DNA of 64,000 bases from NCBI RefSeq assembly GCF_009914755.1, contig NC_060938.1. One strand, given 5' to 3'. The notes under the pieces are model-generated. The model did no database searches. It was not told the DNA's origin and saw only the letters and a program-made list of their open reading frames with translations. Source of the DNA: the human T2T-CHM13v2.0 reference genome, Homo sapiens. The position numbers and the translations under genes were made by a program. Positions 27,706-41,029 of this stretch are shown piece after piece. Numbering within the stretch: position 1 is the first letter of the stretch; every line of letters starts with the position of its first letter.

Positions 27706-28524
27706 TTAAAAAAAGAACAAAAAATCTTCTTGGTTAGGTGTAAGAAAGTTTCCTAAGCAAGTAAAGAAGATTTTTTTTTTCTTTATTACTAAAGCAGTCC
27801 CAAAGAAGTTCCATGTATTTTATAAGGTTCAGTATTGACCTTAAAACTTTTGTTACTGGAAATTTAGTCATAGACCCAAATATCTTCTTCAGAAAAACCA
27901 AGTGACTCCACTCCTAGCTTCTGACCATAGTTCACACTAGAGTACCCAATGCTATGACAAAGCTCCAAAAGATAAGGTTGACTAAGTTTTCTCTCAGGAT
28001 TTTGACCTAAAAATACAGTGGAACGACTAGCTGTAGAGATTGAAACTAACAAGAAAGGTGGGGTGAGTAGCTTTACAGTCACGAGATGGCATGATAAGTC
28101 AAAGTCATGAGGACTTAATAACCATGAGGAAGTAAGATGAATCTATGAGATCATGCAGTAAGGGAGCAATAGGCCATTGAGTCCAGCCAGACCTTTGCTG
28201 GCCACATTTTTAGCCATGATAAGGACACAGGTGAATGGGACACTTCTTTTCAAAACTGACCCTACTGATAGGTGATAAATTATGTAGTTCATTTACTTAC
28301 ACACTGCATCGTTTTTCTAATTCTTATTAAGATGGTACTGATGAGAAGAAAAGTGTGTACAACAAAAGAAAAATAAAATGACTGAAAAATGAAACAATAT
28401 GCACTTTCTGTGGGGCTAGGGAACAGACGCAGTCAGAAGGGCTAAGTTACATTCTTGATGAACCCTGAAGTGAAGGTCTTCAATTTCTTTTGACAGTGCT
28501 CCTGGAATTACATTGGTTCATTCC

Positions 28525-28946
28525 TGTGATGGTTAATTTTATGTGTCAACTTGGCTTGATGACAGTGCCAAGATATTTAGTCAAACATTATTCTGGATGT
28601 TTCTGTTGAGGGTGTTTTTTAGATGAGATTTTCATTTAAATCTCTGGATTTTGAGTTAAGCAGGTAACCCTTCATAATATGGGTCAGCCTCATCTAATCA
28701 GTTGAAGGCTTGCATATAACAATAGACTACTTCCCCAAGCAAAAGGAAATTCTACAGAAGCTGCCCTGTGGACTCTAACTCCAGCTTGCCAGCCTACCCC
28801 ATCAGGTTTTGGAATCGCTAAGCCTCCAAAATCACATGAGCCAATTTATTAAAATAAATCTTACATACTTACACACATGTAAACACACACATATCCTATT
28901 TGTTTTGTTCTCTGGAAAATCCTAACACACATTTTGGTACTGAGGA
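28525..28946 (+). mobile_element. MLT2 (C/D-type) LTR plus the first ~17 nt of ERVL internal sequence
   Basis: TGTGATGGTTAATTTTATGTGTCAACTTGG...CCTAACACA followed by ATTTTGGTACTGAG. Confidence 0.8.
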
Positions 28947-29271
28947 TGAAGGGCAGAATCACATTCTTGATGAGCCCTGAAGTGAAGATCCTTAATTTCT
29001 TTTGACAATGTTCCTAGAATTACATGAATTCATTCATTTTCCCAAACTACATCCAATCCTCAATGACAATTGGCTGTAACAGCTTCCTAGTTTCTAATTA
29101 TAGTTGTTTTCTTTATTTGCTCACATACACATTCAATAACTTTTTCTTACTAACCTCCATCATCTTACTCAAGTTAGATGTAACTTCGTTCCCCTACTAC
29201 AACAATAACCTAACTAGAATACCAATCTTCACTGATTCCCACAACAATCTTTGTTCCAACTCCAGGTGTGT

Positions 29272-29282
29272 GTCTCTCTCTA

Positions 29283-29347
<65 letters not shown>
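29272..29347. repeat. (TC)n(TG)25 microsatellite
   Basis: Seen directly. Confidence 0.95.
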
Positions 29348-29350
<3 letters not shown>

Positions 29351-32300
29351 GGAGATCCATTCTTTCTCACCTGGGGAATTATTATGAGTTTCAATCAATA
29401 GGCCTTTTATAATATATTTTGTTTTTCGGTCATGTAAAATTCCTTGTATGCACATTTTACCATGCCACCTGGCTCATCAACCAACTTAGGCAAAAACAAA
29501 CCTTATCTTAAAGGAGCTGTAACACTGACAATCAGGTTACCTTTTGAAACTTAATCAAATTCAGAAAATAATACATGATCAGAAGGAATTATAAATTTAA
29601 TTGTTAAACTATTTTGCTGTTAACAGTATATAACTTGGAGATCAATCAGAATAAACATACTCTGGAGTCAAAAGCTATCGGGTAAATTTGACTCAGAAAA
29701 ATAAATGATATAATCAGCTTCCACATTTGTAAAGGGCTAGAGTTGTACCAGATAGCCTCTAAGAAATTCCTTCAAATCTAAAATAAGGTGATATTCTCTG
29801 CATTTAGAACAAGGTGAAAATCAATCAAGGCAAATACTGGCAATTAATTTATCTGCATTATTATAGTTGAAAAAAATCCTTAGAGAACTGGCTTACAATA
29901 CTTATTATTATCCTAAAATAAAATATGACAAGAATAAAATGTTTCATTGCTCTGAAGCTTGTTGTAAACAGATTGTATTCTACAGGGATTAAGATAATAC
30001 TTGAGACTGATATCTGTCTGTAGAAGACATGAACTAATGAGAATATATGCAGAGTGTCCAGCTTACAATATTTTTCTAATAAAAATGCACATTGTCTTCA
30101 AGGGAAAACAAATATTGGGAATTTTACAATACAAAATAATGGGACCTGAAATGAGGTGAGTAGAGTAGAACAATTTCAGAGCAGAATAGGCAGTAGAAGC
30201 AAATAAAAATAAAATGAATCAATAATTGAATATTCATTAGGACCCACAATGTGCTCAGCATTTATGTCCATAGAATTCCAGGGTAAGTATAAAAATTGGC
30301 CTCTGCATTTCATGAGATTATATTCTATTAGAGAGATGATTATGATGATTATAATGATAGTGATGATAATAATGATAGATAACAGATTTGAGTGCTTATT
30401 GCTCTGACAAACACCTTTTATACACCAAGTTATTATTACTCACAATGAGCCTACCAGTTAGGTACAGTCACAAAAATGAAAAAAAAAATCAATACATAAA
30501 AAAGTAATTTACTTTAGGGTTATGCTAGATCAATGATAAAAACAATATTTCACAGTAGATGTAACTAGAGCCTATACACTTAGTCATAGTTGTACCGTAT
30601 TGACTAATAAAATGATAATATAAATAAGTAACATTTAAAATAAATACTAATAAAACAAAAAAACATTTTTTCCATTATGCAATATATTTGGTAGCATATT
30701 TACTGCTGAAGAAGTTTACAAAAGACGAATGCTATTATGTACCATTATTAGATCATCCAGTGAAGATTTCATGGGAAACATGAGTTATGAGCCAGCCTTG
30801 TATTAATGACTGTGATTCAGACCATATGATTTAGACTATGGTTTTTTCCATCTGTGGAAGAAGCCAGAGTATTCCAGAGTGAGGGTGGGAGGACTAGTAA
30901 CAAGGTTATAGATAAATTGATATGATATGTATGGGATAGAAAACTAGATAGCATGTTTCAAACAAGGTTGGGGACAGTTAATGTGAATTAGGCTAGATGA
31001 ATACATTGCAGCTACACAATGGAGAGGTTTGAGAGTCAGAGAGAAGCCTGCATGGCAGGCACATTCTTCGATCAATTTAAGGAAGGGTACACGTGTGTTC
31101 TTAGAAGAGTAGTACCGTGTTTCAAGTCATGCTAAGGTACACAAAAGAGTTGGCAGCAGAAGGACCCAAAGTTAGAGAAAGGAGTTATAAATTAATTATA
31201 GCAACTGAGGCATAAGATGATGAACGAAAGTCTTGAATAAGAATATGGTAAGGTAGACAATAAAGATAATTTTAAATGAGTTTTTAAAATGTTTTTTGCT
31301 GTAGAATATTTTTACAAAAAAGATTTTGAAATGGATGTAACATTTACTTTATCCCCATGGAATTCTGTCATAGCTGGTCGCTATAGACTAGTAGGAAAGA
31401 AAACTTTCAATAATTGGAACAGATTCCACTCTTTTTAAGACACCATAGTTTTCAGTGAATCATAATATTCTCTACCATACCAAATTTTCTTAAAAAGTAA
31501 AGGCCTCTTGTGTATATTAGACATTTCTGGAAAAGGCTGGGATACTACTAGCTTCATAGAATTCAGTGCTCATTTTATTGAACAGAAATTATAATTTTTC
31601 AATTGCTATTGTATCAACCTGAAATAGTCCTAATGACTTTTATCACCAGAGAATAGTTTGGAAGAGGGTGAAAATGAGTTATTATTATGAATTCAGCTTT
31701 AACTGGTATTTTATCTTAATAAATGTGCAATATTTTAGTTTGATAATTGTTATGTGCTTTACCCCTCTTCATCTGCCTTAGTTGAAAAGATTCTAAATTA
31801 AAAGGCAGAAAAAATTAGTATTATAGCATGAGAACTTGTGTTGAATTGTGAGAAAACAAACCACCCAAAACAAAATGGGGATAGCAGCAATGTTTACATG
31901 TAAATTGGATATGAGGCAGATGTGTTAGCAGATGTGTTTTGTCTTTTTCAGTAGCCTAAAAAATTTAAATTCAATTTGGTCTTTAAATGAAAAGCCAACA
32001 AAAGGTTACTATTTTTCTGTTATAATGGATGTCTTTATCTTAAATGTAATTTGTCGTTTCAAAATGGCTTTATTTTATAACTAATCCATTATTATTGTTT
32101 AAAGATGCATGAGAACGACACTTATCTTTAGTTAATACAAAAATATTTTAGTCAGATTTTCTACAAATCTGAAAGAAGGAAAATAAAATTTTTAAGCGTA
32201 TAAAAAAACAATTTGCCGTTGTACTTTGGACATGGGTGAGAAGTGGACCATTGCTGCAGTGGTGGAAATTCTGCTGCATTTGCCTAGTAAATTCTGCAAA

Positions 32301-32416
32301 TTTTAAGAGGAACGTGAATAATATGGAACTGCACATTTTTTATTTCTGATACATTTCCAGGTGATACTGATGAGGCTGGCTTTTGGGCCTCACTTCCACT
32401 GATGAGGCTTTAAAAT

Positions 32417-32613
32417 AGAGTTTCTCAGTCTTGGCACTATTGACATTTTGGATTAAATAATTCTTTGTTATTGGGATTGTCCCGTGCACTGTAGGATGTT
32501 TAGTAGCATCTCCGGCTTTCAATAACCAAAGTATCTGTAGACATTGCCAAACATACCCTTGTTGGGGGTGGGCTGGCAGGGGGCACATAAAAGCCTTATG
32601 AATTGAGAACAAG
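32417..32613. mobile_element. MER20 hAT MITE
   Basis: TTTCTCAGTCTTGGCACTATTGACATTTTGG...GTGCACTGTAGGATGTTTAGTAGCATC...AGACATTGCCAAA. Confidence 0.8.
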
Positions 32614-33554
32614 GACTCTAAAATATTCTTTCACCCTGTCTTCTAGACCAATGTATATCCCAAGTAGTACACAAAGATTTTTCATGACATAGATAGATCT
32701 AAACAGATCAATTGCAGGTACAGATCTTCCATGTGTACTCTTCCTAAGCATGATCTAAGAACATGCTTATCATATAAGCAGTAGGCAGGTTTTCTTTTCC
32801 TATTCCATCTCACATATATCCTCTATCATTTGATAAAAGGTCCCTCTCACAACCATCCTGAATCTTACCATGTTGCCTCACTCCATAGATAAAACTGTGG
32901 GACACCAAACTAAGTGATGATTTTAGAATTTAAAACCTTGGTCACAAGAAGCCTACTACGACCAAGGCACCTTGTTGGGATACATGTGTTGATTTTTTTG
33001 ACATTATTCTAAGGACAATATATAGTGTTAGAAACAGTAAAGTTTGGCTAACAGTGACGTATTCTAAAATCAGACATATAGTAATGTATTGTAAATGCTG
33101 TGGCAGAAGTACTGGCAATTTTTATATAACTACCTCACCTCTTTCTCTTCTTGCTATTGTCAAAGAAAGAATTGCTCCTGAGGGACTGTCTCTTGACACT
33201 GAGTTACAGTTTTGTAAGAAATTGAAGGTGGCATTGCCTTGTTCATCCAAAGAAAAAATTTATGGCAAGAGCCTATGCCTTCTATTTATGTATCGTAGAA
33301 CTAGAACTGAGAATGAAATAGGTGTCACAAGAATATGCATTAAATGTATGTTTGAATTGAAAAATGAAGTCAAAATTTCCTGAAAAAGATATGTCAGAGT
33401 TGAATACTTGGTTAGAAGATGAAAACTTTTATGTTCAATTAGATTCCATGATTATGTTTCATAAACTGTATGAACTAAAGCTATAGCTATAAAGTTTTGA
33501 TGCAAATATGTTTAAAATGAATGATTATAAAAAAAAATTCTAAGTTTAGTGTAA

Positions 33555-33705
33555 GTCAGGTGTGGTGGCCTGCACCTGTAGTCTCAGCTACTTGGCCGAT
33601 GGAGAAGGATGGCTTGATCCCAGGAGTTCCAGGTTTCAGTGAGCAGTGTCACGCCACTGCACTCTAGCACCTGGGTGACAGAGTGTCTCTCTTAAAAACA
33701 AAAAC
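33555..33705 (+). mobile_element. Alu monomer (FRAM/FAM-like)
   Basis: Single arm with GGATGGCTTGATCCCAGGAGTTC and short A tail. Confidence 0.75.
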
Positions 33706-33707
33706 AC

Positions 33708-34038
<331 letters not shown>

Positions 34039-34572
34039 TTATTAAGTTAGAGAAGGGGTGACTACAATAAAATATTTGGAATTTTTCAATTTTTTTCTCA
34101 TGATTTAGGTTCAACATGGCAAGTCTCGATTAAAAAATAGATATATTTATTGTTATTTGATGAATCTTGGTGAAACATTTTTAGAATATTTCTTAGACAC
34201 TGAGAAAGTGAAGGACACTAATGATTTGCGAAAAAGAAATTGCAACATGGATTTTTTCCAATCCTTTTAATTACAACAAAATTAAAGGAATGCCTAATTG
34301 AGCTGTCAGCAGATAGATTTTTAGATACAATTCTCAATTATTTAAAACTATTTGACGTTTGATACATATTTGAAAGGAGGTACAAATACACTTATTTATG
34401 TGAACACGGTTTCTTAAAGTTTACCAGCATCAAAAATGTAATGGATACTGAAACCTAAATCATTCTAATAATAAAGTAATATTTATCCATACATAATACA
34501 TTGACTTTGAAACAAAAAACCTGACCACTTTGTCAAAAACATATTTTCAGTAACATTTTAGCTTTTATGTCT

Positions 34573-35004
34573 GTGGCAGTGACGGAAAAGTGCTGCTTGA
34601 ATCTCTTTTCATGGAGGAACTTGCTGTTGAGCATCACAACTTGCAGCTATTGGTCAGCCTGCAGCTGCCAGTGCTTTCAGGAGCAGATGCTTTATGGTCA
34701 GCAAAAACCATGCTTATCCTAGGCAGCCCTCAGCCACTGACTGAGAAAGATGGTTACTGGGGCTTGGCCTTTGCTGCTTAGTGCAGACTTTCTCTCATGG
34801 GAAATTTTTGCTCTTTATTCCCATTGGTTTGGCAAGACTTTGTCAGATATACACTGTGGTATGAGGCTCTCCCACCCAATGCTTCTTCTTCTCCTTTTTA
34901 TTTTTCACAGGTGTTAGCTATTTACCCCATCCCCACTTCACCCCCAAGAAACCTCTTGTGATTTTATCCCAGTCATGGTGTCTCCTTCCAGAATGCTCTG
35001 ATAC
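34573..35004 (+). mobile_element. LTR16-family (ERVL) solo LTR
   Basis: TGTGGCAG start; CAGCCACTGACTGAG, TGAGGCTCTCCCACCCAAT motifs; ends TGATACA. Confidence 0.65.
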
Positions 35005-35028
35005 ACTGTTTGATAGTTATGTAATATA

Positions 35029-35155
35029 GTATATATTAGTGTATATATATATACTAATATATACATATATTAGTATACATACATATATACATATACTAAT
35101 ATATACATATATATACTAATATATACATATACATATAGTATATAATAAATATATA
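35029..35155. repeat. AT-rich palindromic low-complexity repeat
   Basis: ACTAATATATAC units in both orientations. Confidence 0.85.
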
Positions 35156-35709
35156 ATTTATTGTCACATTTAACAATTGAATAGGAATACTTTCAAAGTT
35201 CTTTTATTCCAGGAGAATGTCTATACTCTTGAGTTATAGCACAGTAAGATTTTTTTAAAACATTTCTATTTGTGTACTTAGTTTTCTTATAGAGAAGTAT
35301 AAGAGCGTGAGAAACAAAATATTTTCAAGCCTAAGCATATCTCCATAGGTTAAACTTTTGGAGTTCCTTTTCAAGGAGAAATGAAAATGATGTTAACATT
35401 TCTGATAGAGAAAATATTGTTTATACTATACATTTTTAAGTGGTGAATGAAGGGTTTGGAATAGCTGTATTATTTAGATTCCATTGAATGTATTTTTAAA
35501 GTAATGAAAAACTTTATACATGTCCATCTTATGCCAAAAATTTTTCTTTGCCATGTTTAAACTTCTAATGGAAAATTTTCAAGGTATGTTAAACTTTAAA
35601 AAGTTTAAGAGGAATCAACAGTGTTTCTTGAAATTCATTTGTAGGGGAAATCCAAGCAACATCATAAATGTTTTGCCTTGGATAATTATTGGTTTTCAAA
35701 TTTCCAGCT

Positions 35710-37420
35710 CCTGCTCTTGTTTTCATTAGCTGATAAATGTAATTCCATCTTCACTGAGAAAAAATAAGCAAACAGAAAATTGTTCCCAGCTCCTTCCATT
35801 GCATTTGGTGCCCATGCATTGGCTTTCCCTCCTGTGATCATGCATGCTGTGTACTTGCTCTTATCTGAGCCCAACCCCTCCACTTGTGCACTAGATATCA
35901 CTTTTTAATATCTTCAGAAATTTCCTTCAGCCATCCTACTCTTTTTCTCTGTGTTAAAAACAAACCCCAAAACTTCTTGATCCAACAAGCCACTACAGCT
36001 ACCATCTCATTTCTCTGCTCCTTTTAATATTCTAATGAGCTTTCAACACCAGACTTCACCAAGGCTGCAGTAGTCAGTGTCTCTAATAAGCTGCTAATTT
36101 CAAAGGTTGGTTCTCAACCCTCAGTACTTGATTTATCAGTGCATTTAACACAGTTGATCATTCCCCTCTTTTTGAAACACCCTCTTCTCTTCCCTTCAGC
36201 TCAATAGACTCTACTGGGCTGGTCGCTCCTTCTCTGTTGCATTGGTTTTTGTCTTCTGATTTTCTGAACTTTAAAAGCTTGAGTGACCCAGGGATCACTC
36301 TTGATCCTCTCCTCTTTGCTACCTTCAAGCACTAGCTCAGAGAGCTCTCCATTCAACCTCATGGATTAAAATAAACAGATGACTCTCAATTTAAATCTTC
36401 AGCCTAGAATTCAGCTCTGACTACAGATTTATATATTTAAATTCCTACCTACCATCTCCACTTGACAGTCTGAGAAGCATTGCATAGACAAAGATCAGAA
36501 AAAACCTTAGATTAGCTCCTGGGCTAATATCCCACTTTAAATGTGTCTGCTACTTAAGTTTTCTCTATTTTCAAAATATATCCAGAATTTCACGACTTCT
36601 ATAAACTATGATGTGGGTTCAAAAAAGTGTCATCTCTTGTTAGGATTTTACTGCAGTGGTTTCTGCCTTGGTTCTCTAACAGCCTGTTGCTAACACAGCA
36701 TGTAAAGTTAGTTTATTAGAACAGAAGTCAAGTCATGGGTCTACTCTGCTCAAAATCCCTCCATGTCTCCTTGTAGTGAGCTGAGATCGCGCTACTGCAC
36801 TCCAGCCTGGGCGACAGAGCGAGACTCCGTCTCAAAAAAAAAAAAAAAAAAAGAAAAGAAAAAGAAAAATCCTTCCATGTCTCCTGATCTGGCTCAGATT
36901 AAAGGCCAAAGTCTCTCTAAGCATAAACTCTGCCTTCCCCCGGCAAACTATTCATCTCTCGGACATCCCCTAATCCCATCTTTCTTGCTCAGTCAGCTCC
37001 AGCCACATTGGTCTTCTTGCTATTCTGTATTCATATCAGGCTTCCATTCAAGAGCTTTGCGATTGCTATTTCCTGCCTGGAATAGTCTCTCTTTAGATGT
37101 GTGGAAGACTCACATCCTCTCTTTATTCACATCATAAATGCCACTTTCACAAGGAGGAATTTTTTGGTCACCATATTTAAAATTGCAGCCACCCACCACC
37201 ACGCTCATGATACCCTTACCTTCTACCTTGCTCTATTTTTCATCGTGACAGTAATCTTGACTGATACATTATATATTTTATTTATATAATTGTTTATACC
37301 TGCCCTTAGAATGGAATATTCACGGGATCAGCTATATTTGTCTCCTTTTACACAATACTGCAAGAGTATCTGTCCTGTAGAATGTGCCATTTAAATATCT
37401 TTTCAATGAATAAATAAATG
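35710..37420 (+). mobile_element. L2a fragment (3' ~1.6 kb)
   Basis: CCCCTCCACTTGTGCACTAGAT, ACAGTTGATCATTCCC, CCAGCCACATTGGTC; ends AATGAATAAATAAATG. Confidence 0.75.
36772..36865 (+). mobile_element. Severely 5'-truncated AluY-like insertion
   Basis: Last ~62 nt of Alu with intact CpGs plus poly-A; 20-bp TSD with 1 mismatch. Confidence 0.9.
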
Positions 37421-37743
37421 GAAATCACATGAGCAGACCCAGAAATGACAACTCATTCTTTACTTCCTTGTGAAAACTTCACTTACAGAAATTCCTTTAA
37501 ATGAATCAGATTGTGTCTTGGGTGACCAGAAATTAACTGTGAAGGAGTTTTGTTGGTTTAAAGTGATGTCTTTATTTCTTCAAGTAAATGCATAAAATAA
37601 TTATACATATACATATACATATATATAAATGTAGTTGGTTGGCCTTTTGGAGTTAAAAAAATTTAAAAAATTCAATTAGATTCAAATGTAAACAATAGAA
37701 TATTAAACTCATACCTGGTTTTCAGGCTTTTTTCTTTTTGCAG

Positions 37744-37948
37744 TTTTAATTTTTACATGTATATCTTGGTTGTGTGTATTTATGGGGTATATGTGATATT
37801 TTGATACAGGCATACAATGCATAATAATCATATCAAGGTGAACTGAATTTCCATCACCTCAAGCATTTATCATTTCTTTGTGTTACAAACATCCCAAATA
37901 TATTCTTCTAGTTATTTTAAAATGTACAATAAATTATTATTGACTGTA
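37744..37948 (-). mobile_element. L1MA-type 3' end
   Basis: TTTATGGGGTATATGTGATATTTTGATACAGGCATACAATG...; TSD-like GGCTTTTTTCTTTTTGCA / GGCTATTTTCTTTATGCA. Confidence 0.8.
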
Positions 37949-39461
37949 GGCTATTTTCTTTATGCAACTAAATCTATTCTAAGATTGTGTAGGCAGGAGT
38001 TTCCTTACAGAATTATCTTAGTGTTTACTATGTAAATGTTAATTTTCATTGTCTGTCTGGTGCTAGTTTAAGTAGTTTTAAGACAATGAAAGATGAAATC
38101 AGGGAGATAAAGTGTCACTGACCTCCTGCTCACTCAAAATGCAATCTAATTTCCTTTTCAGCAGTCTCTGGTGGAGGAAGGGACTGCAGCAATGTCTGTG
38201 AATTTCCAGTGTAATGATTTGTATGTGTTCATGAAAAGACAGCCTTTTCCTTTGAAATAATTTAGCTACCTCTGACGTTAAAATGTGGGATATTGAAACA
38301 CTGGGCACCAAAAAAAGTTACTTAATAGGTTTCAAGAAATGTTGCAAGGACCCTTTACTATAACTGGTGATAGGCTTGAATTTCTCCTGTTCTACCAACT
38401 AATCCATTCTTCATTAAAGTTTAAAGATCCTGTTTGGCAGTTGAAGTGCTATTGATTTTGAAACCATGGCACATGCAGAAATTGTCTCACTTGTGTTGTT
38501 TCCTGTATTTGCTTTAAAAAGTTGGGATACAGAAAGTAAAGCACTTTAATTTAAGGAGTAGATATAGCTGAGTCAACATTTATCCAGGGTACTTTGCTCT
38601 AAGCCCAGGATGACAGAAAGAAAACACAAAATTCTAATCATTAAGCTCTCGAGTACATTCCAATGAACAGTGACTAACTTTTAACACCGCAGGGTGAAAT
38701 TTCAGGACTTTTAAAGTACAAAAAAAGAATCAGCTTCTTGAGTAAGGAATGCAATGTTTTGAAAGTGAATCCTGAGTCAATTTTCCCACCACCATATGAA
38801 AGACGTATGTGTGGAAAGGGTGGAAAGGCACGAACCCATTCCCTAACTCGAACGTGAAGAAGAATGATCTTTGATTTCACTCTATTCTAGCTCTATCCTG
38901 AGTTAGTCTTTCTGGTTCTCTGAGTACAACTTTTCCAGAGAGAGAAAGAAAACTATAAAGCAGATCCTTTAGAATCATTCTATATCCCAGAAGTGAATCG
39001 TGCTCAGCCAGTATATTGTGCTTGTAAGGTGAGTGGAGAGGGAGCAGTTTCTCTAACAGCTGGGGAAAGGGGATCATCTCTAAAGCTGAAGGGGAAGAAC
39101 TGCTCCGTAAACCTCACCATTCCACATTCCCAACTAATGGGCAAAGAATTAGGTAAGCTTTATTTTAAACAGCACCTGGAAATCTTTCTCCCTTCAGTAA
39201 AGTTCAGAACGTATTAAGAATTTGTCATTTTCCATAGACATTTAAGTTCTTCACTTTGAATCTAAAAAGAGAAAGGAAACCAATGATATTTCTTATAAAC
39301 AAAATGTATTAATTAATCCATGTTATAGGACAGTTCAGAACTGACACTAAAGGTTAATTCTGCTTGCTTTCTATTCCAGAGTTAAAGTTTAAATATCACT
39401 TGAATAAAACCACTTATGTCAATGAAGCTTACAGGTAATCAAAATCTAAAGTCATGCTGTA

Positions 39462-39675
39462 AAGCTGCAGTCTTCAGTGTGGTAGCTACTAGCTATGTGT
39501 GGCTGTTTACATTGAATTTAGTTAAAATAAAATAAAAACAAAAATTTTGTTTTTCACTTGAACTAGCCACATCTCAAGTACTCCATAGCCACGTGTTAGC
39601 TAAGTGGCTATCACACTGGATAGCACATGTACAAAATATTTCCATTGTCATCAAATGTTCTTTTGAAAAGCACTG
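39462..39675. mobile_element. MER3-like hAT MITE
   Basis: GTAGCTACTAGCTATGTGTGGCT...CTAGCCACATCTCAAGTACTC...AGTGGCTA. Confidence 0.75.
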
Positions 39676-41029
39676 TTCAAATACACATACACACACACGT
39701 ACACACACCATATGTGTGTCTGTAAAATTGCCAAATAATACAATTATTGGCCAAATAATACAATCATACAATTGGGAATACTAAAAAATGAATGAGAAAG
39801 AGTTTGTTTCATATAAAAAGGCAATTTAAAGAATTCATATATGTCTTTAAGACCTCCAGCTAAGACAACTAAAAAATCTTCAAGCATTGTCTAGATGTCA
39901 ATATGTAGTTCATCAGGTTTATAATAGTTTTGTAAAGTGTTAAGTTTATAAAGGAAAAAAACCAGTTATTTCTACTAGATGAAACAAAAAAGATAAGTTA
40001 TACTTAAGGACTATTATTGAAGTATGTCTTAGCTTTTTTTCTGTTTCAAAGTAAACAGACTTAATATTATGAACTAAATTCAGAAAACCACTTTCTTGTT
40101 GTTATTTTTGTCATAAAATCCATAAGTAGATATGATATTTCAATCAATATTTTAATTAGGAAGGAATACCTGACCTATCCTGGCAACTTTTCAAAAGCAG
40201 CATGCTAAGTCTTAAATTATTCATCCTAATTTAATATTTGCACAGCAATCACATATTTTCACATTTAGGTGGCTTGTCTTTGAATATATAGGTCTGTGTG
40301 GAGGCCACTTTTAAAGTTTGTAAGTGGCTGTAGTTAGAATTAAATTAAAATATGGATTTGATCAGTTGAACAATATTCTTTCCCATTACTTTATTGTAGA
40401 AGTTACTCTGGGATAATAGACGAGTTTTAATAGGAGTCATATGTCTTTTCTTCCTTCTCTTTGTCAATCTGGGTCTTATGAAGTAAATGAATGGAACACA
40501 AGCAGTAGAATTGAGTGTAAGAATGAAGAGACACAACATTGAAGGCTAAATAAGACACGAGTCATCCTTCTTATCAGATAAATATATCAAATAAATAAAT
40601 AAATATATCAGGTAAATAAATAAAATAGATAAATAAACCCCTTATGCATATCATATAATACCATCCAAACAGAGGCCTGGGAGACAGAGGATTAAGAGCT
40701 TATTAGCTTATCCAAAATATGGACACTGAAGCCTGGTCTTATCCAAGCTAATCATCTGATACATTATCATTGACCTCGTTCCCTTTAGAGCAGGCAGGCA
40801 ATGACGCAGTTTCCGGTCTGGATCCAAAACTTCTGCATATAGGAATCTCTCTACATATTGACACACCTTTGACACTGGCCTCTGACTTTTTCTGTTATAT
40901 ATTTGGTAAGAAGTAGTATTACTTCTTTTCTACTTGCAGTGTCAATGCTTTGACTTTGAGATGGACTAAACAGGAGTTATTCTGAATGCAACAATAACAC
41001 CTATTTTCCAATTAAAGATTTAAAAGATC

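Noticed and set aside
29500-32300. Probable MIR/L2 fragments and unique AT-rich DNA (similar traces near 2500, 16900, 21200, 40700, 49300, 56600, 59150)
   Set aside because: Too degenerate to bound reliably by eye
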